A stretch of DNA of 64,000 bases from an uncultured bacterium (GTDB lineage: Bacteria > SAR324 > NAC60-12). The translations under genes and the position numbers were made by a program. Below, in pieces: positions 61,037 to 64,000 of the stretch. Location of the stretch: positions 1 through 64,000 of the forward strand of contig CBFIGY010000007.1 of assembly GCA_965662235.1 (NCBI GenBank), in the 5' to 3' direction. The notes under the pieces are model-generated. The model saw only the letters and a program-made list of their open reading frames with translations, had not been told where the DNA came from and ran no database searches. Positions within the stretch are counted from its first letter, which is position 1. Each line of letters opens with the position of its first letter.

Positions 61037-62929
61037 TTGTCACGCCTTAGCGTTCTCTTGCTGGCGGTCCTGCTCCTAGCAGGATGCTCCACTTCTTCCG
61101 GACTGCCGGAACTTCCTCCCACGGCCCCTGAACAGGATCGTTTCATCCGCGAACAGCAAGCGGCGTTGGAAGCCGATCCGAATGACGCCACCGCTCACTT
61201 CAACCTGGCCCGGATCTACTACCAGCAGCAGCTGTATCCAGAGGCTGAGCAGGCGGTGCGGCAGGCGTCTCGCTTGGATCCGTTGAATCCGGACTATGCG
61301 GAACTACGGGGAAGCCTGGCGTTGGCCCGGCGTCAGTATCCGGAGGCGATCAAGGAATTCTCGAACGCCCAGCGTCTGGATCCGGAACGCATCTCCGTTT
61401 ACCTCAAGCTGGCAACAGCGTATGAGCAGGTCCGGGACTACAGCCTTGGGATCGCGTCGCTGGAAGAGGCGTTGCAGCGGGAGCCTCAGTATGTGGAGGC
61501 GTTGTTTCTGCTGGCGCGGTTGCAGCTCAAGCAGAGTGACTACGAAGGCGCCAAGCGGGCCGTCAATTCCCTGCTGCTGCTTGAGCCTGGAAACTATGAG
61601 GCCAAGCTCCTGCGCATCCGGATTTACATGGCACAGGGCAGTTACTACTATGCTCAGACCCTGGCGCTGGAGCTCCGCAACAGTCACCCGGAGAGTCGTG
61701 AGGTGCCCCGGCTGCTGCTGCACCTGGAGTTCTTGCGGCAACGCTGGCCTGAGGCGCTCAACCTGCTAGATGAAATTGAACAGCGGCGCCCGCTGGAGCT
61801 GGAAGAACGGGTGCTGCAGGCGCTGGTGCTTTTGCAACTGGGACAGGTGGATTCGGTGGAACCGCTGCTGACCGAGATGCTGCAGGCGGCTCCAGCAAAT
61901 GTGGATGTGCTCATGGCCCACGCGGTTCTGAAGCTGCGGCGAGGACAGCTCCGAGACGCCTTGGAGTGGCTCCGGAGGGTGCTGGAGGTGGACTCCTCCA
62001 TGACGCGAGCGCACTTCCTTAAGGCGGCGTTGCTGTTTCGGTTGGGAGACTTCCTTCAGGGAGATCTGGCCCTCAAGCAAGCTCTGAGACTGGAGCCCAA
62101 CAACCTTTCTGCACAGGTCCTGCAGCTGCAGCGGCAGCTGATGCAAGGACAGATCACCGCCGTAGGCACCAAGCTGACTGCGCTCCGGGAGCAGAATCCG
62201 CTGCAGGTGGAGTTGCTGCACCTCCAGGCCCTCTGGCACGAGGCGCAGGGGCAGTTTGCCGAGGCCCAGGCGTTTCTGCAACAAGCCCTGCAGGGCGACG
62301 ATTCGGAACTGCTGCGCTTTGAGCTGGCCCGGGTGTACTACCTTCAGGGCAAGCCGGCGCTGGCGTTGCCGCTCACTGAAACCCTCCGGAGCGAACGGGG
62401 TGACAGCTGGGAGGTCCTGTACCTCCATTCGCTGGTGCTCACCCGGTTGGACCGAAGCCAGGAGGCCGAACAGTTCATCCGCCCCTTCCTGAACCGTCCG
62501 GAGTCATTGGGATACGCCCACCGACTGCTGGGAGACCTGTTCCGGTATCAGGGACAGGAAGACGCGGCGCAGAAGGTGCTGCGTGAGGGGTTGGACCGGT
62601 TTCCGCTGAACCTGTACCTTGTGGAAGGGCTCAGTGACTCCTATGCGAGCACCGGAAAGTGGGAGGAGCTCCGGAGCCTCTTGGAAATTTCCTTTGCCCG
62701 CCAGCGTCCGCAGGGACCGCTGCGCCTCCTCCTCCTCGACCGTCTGACCCGAGCCTACTGGGCGCTGGATGAAGTAGCACTCGCCCAAGAGGCCCTGAGG
62801 CGCTATCATGCTGAATCAGACCCATTGACGGCGACTCCGAGCTTCTTGCTGGAGGATCCGGCTCTTTTTCCGGTGATGCTGCCCGCTTTTGATCGAGAGT
62901 GGGACACCACCCTAGCTTCGATGCGTTAA
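61037..62929 (+). CDS. Tetratricopeptide-repeat lipoprotein
   Basis: Lipobox LLAGC; many TPR units (AHFNLA..Y..A..LDP). Alternative start at 60995. Confidence 0.85.
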   Translation: MSRLSVLLLAVLLLAGCSTSSGLPELPPTAPEQDRFIREQQAALEADPNDATAHFNLARIYYQQQLYPEAEQAVRQASRLDPLNPDYAELRGSLALARRQYPEAIKEFSNAQRLDPERISVYLKLATAYEQVRDYSLGIASLEEALQREPQYVEALFLLARLQLKQSDYEGAKRAVNSLLLLEPGNYEAKLLRIRIYMAQGSYYYAQTLALELRNSHPESREVPRLLLHLEFLRQRWPEALNLLDEIEQRRPLELEERVLQALVLLQLGQVDSVEPLLTEMLQAAPANVDVLMAHAVLKLRRGQLRDALEWLRRVLEVDSSMTRAHFLKAALLFRLGDFLQGDLALKQALRLEPNNLSAQVLQLQRQLMQGQITAVGTKLTALREQNPLQVELLHLQALWHEAQGQFAEAQAFLQQALQGDDSELLRFELARVYYLQGKPALALPLTETLRSERGDSWEVLYLHSLVLTRLDRSQEAEQFIRPFLNRPESLGYAHRLLGDLFRYQGQEDAAQKVLREGLDRFPLNLYLVEGLSDSYASTGKWEELRSLLEISFARQRPQGPLRLLLLDRLTRAYWALDEVALAQEALRRYHAESDPLTATPSFLLEDPALFPVMLPAFDREWDTTLASMR

Positions 62930-62992
62930 AGAAGGGTGATTGCTTGATCCCGCGCATCGTCAACCCTTCGACTACCTCCTGACAACCGTTCC

Positions 62993-64000
62993 ATGAGCAC
63001 CACCAGCAAACGCAAGGGCAAGCAGCTCAACTCTGCGTTCCGTATTGCCGAAGCCATGTCCCACGACCTCGCCATGAAGGGGCCGACCCACGACGTCTTG
63101 GACGATGCAGGGGTGCAGGGCTTGATTGAGCCCACGGAAGTGCGAAAGCGCATCAAGGAACTGCGCCACCTGGATGTGGATTCCTACATTCAACGAGTGG
63201 TGATGCCTTCGGAGAACCAGAAGCGTCCGAGCACCCCGGAAGTGATCAAGCAGCTGGGAGGAACCCTGATCGCGGAGGAGTCAGAGGGACCGTATTACGC
63301 AGCTGAGCTGGAGTTTGAGCTCTCTGGGCAGCTGCGGCGGGTGGGCTTCATTGCGCAGAACCACAAGGCACAAAACGGCGTCTGGCAGCCCATGCACCAC
63401 CGGAAGGCTGCAGAGAAGGTCCGCTTCTATGCGTCGCACGGCATGCCGCTGGTGACGTTCATTGACACCCCGGGAGCGGCGGCTGATGCTGATGCGAACC
63501 TGCAGAATCAGGCCCACAGCATCTCCTTCTTCATCTCCGAAATGGCCAACGTGCAGGTTCCGGTGGTCGGGGTAGTGTATGGCTGTGGTTACAGCGGAGG
63601 CGCCATTCCCCTGGCGACAGCGAACGTGCTGCTGTCCACCCGTGAGGGGGTGTTCAACACCATTCACCCCAAGGGGCTGGCGAACATTGCCCGCAAGTAC
63701 AACCTGTCGTGGCAGGAGTCGGCCAAGTACATTGGCGTGTCGTCCTATGAGCTGATGGAGCAGGGGTACTTTGACGGCATTGTCGACTATGCCTTTGATA
63801 CGCCGCACAAGATTGCCAACCTCAAGAGCGCCATCCTCAGCGCCATTGAGGTCACTGAAGACAACGCCCGGAGCTTCCTGCGGGTCAACGACTTCTTCTT
63901 TGATCACTACCGGGAGAGCATCAACCACTACCTCAACCCGTCTGAGCTGCTCATTGAAGCCAACCGCCGGACGGACCGCTCTCCAACCGGAACGCTGAAC
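62993..64000 (+). CDS. AccA-like carboxyltransferase domain protein (3'-truncated; absent from the ORF track)
   Basis: Manual translation is open for 336 codons to the window edge: GFIAQN...PLVTFIDTPGA...NQAHSIS...GYSGGAIPL...FDGIVD. Confidence 0.85.
   Translation, partial: MSTTSKRKGKQLNSAFRIAEAMSHDLAMKGPTHDVLDDAGVQGLIEPTEVRKRIKELRHLDVDSYIQRVVMPSENQKRPSTPEVIKQLGGTLIAEESEGPYYAAELEFELSGQLRRVGFIAQNHKAQNGVWQPMHHRKAAEKVRFYASHGMPLVTFIDTPGAAADADANLQNQAHSISFFISEMANVQVPVVGVVYGCGYSGGAIPLATANVLLSTREGVFNTIHPKGLANIARKYNLSWQESAKYIGVSSYELMEQGYFDGIVDYAFDTPHKIANLKSAILSAIEVTEDNARSFLRVNDFFFDHYRESINHYLNPSELLIEANRRTDRSPTGTLN

Noticed and set aside
1534..62916. CTAG often in CCTAG/CTAGG context, as a footprint of CCWGG methylation and deamination
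   Set aside because: About three quarters of ~60 hand-counted sites fit, but GC3 and codon-context bias could explain this. Inconclusive without a null model.

Overview
A gene-dense bacterial chromosomal segment of roughly 60% GC (estimated by eye). Gene content suggests an aquatic deltaproteobacterial-type Gram-negative such as SAR324, but this is inference only. I saw no rRNA, tRNA, CRISPR array, integrase or transposase. Left to right: the 3' part of a giant Calx-beta-like repeat surface protein and a small membrane-anchored partner; a GH1 beta-glucosidase divergent from an alpha-glucoside/glycogen cluster (aglEFG, glgB, glgP, GH13 alpha-glucosidase, MFS, amylosucrase); a short phenylacetate cluster (paaABCD-paaR-paaG, no paaE); then housekeeping and envelope genes (prc, hpt, tsaC, hemN, fabI, psd, ftsH, MATE, anmK-murQ, nagB-kdgK, msrPQ, dnaE) and the start of an AccA-like carboxyltransferase. 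Most unusual signals: (1) about 85 D-N-X-S/T sequons in the giant protein, suggesting an N-glycosylation system with Asp at -1; (2) the palindrome TCCGGA about 140 times by hand count, some 6-7x expectation, like cyanobacterial HIP1; (3) a possible GlgC/GlgA-independent sucrose-to-glycogen operon; (4) a J-domain/HEAT/degenerate-MshEN protein; (5) a DnaE with a ~70 aa insertion and a partly decayed PHP site. All counts are manual and approximate.
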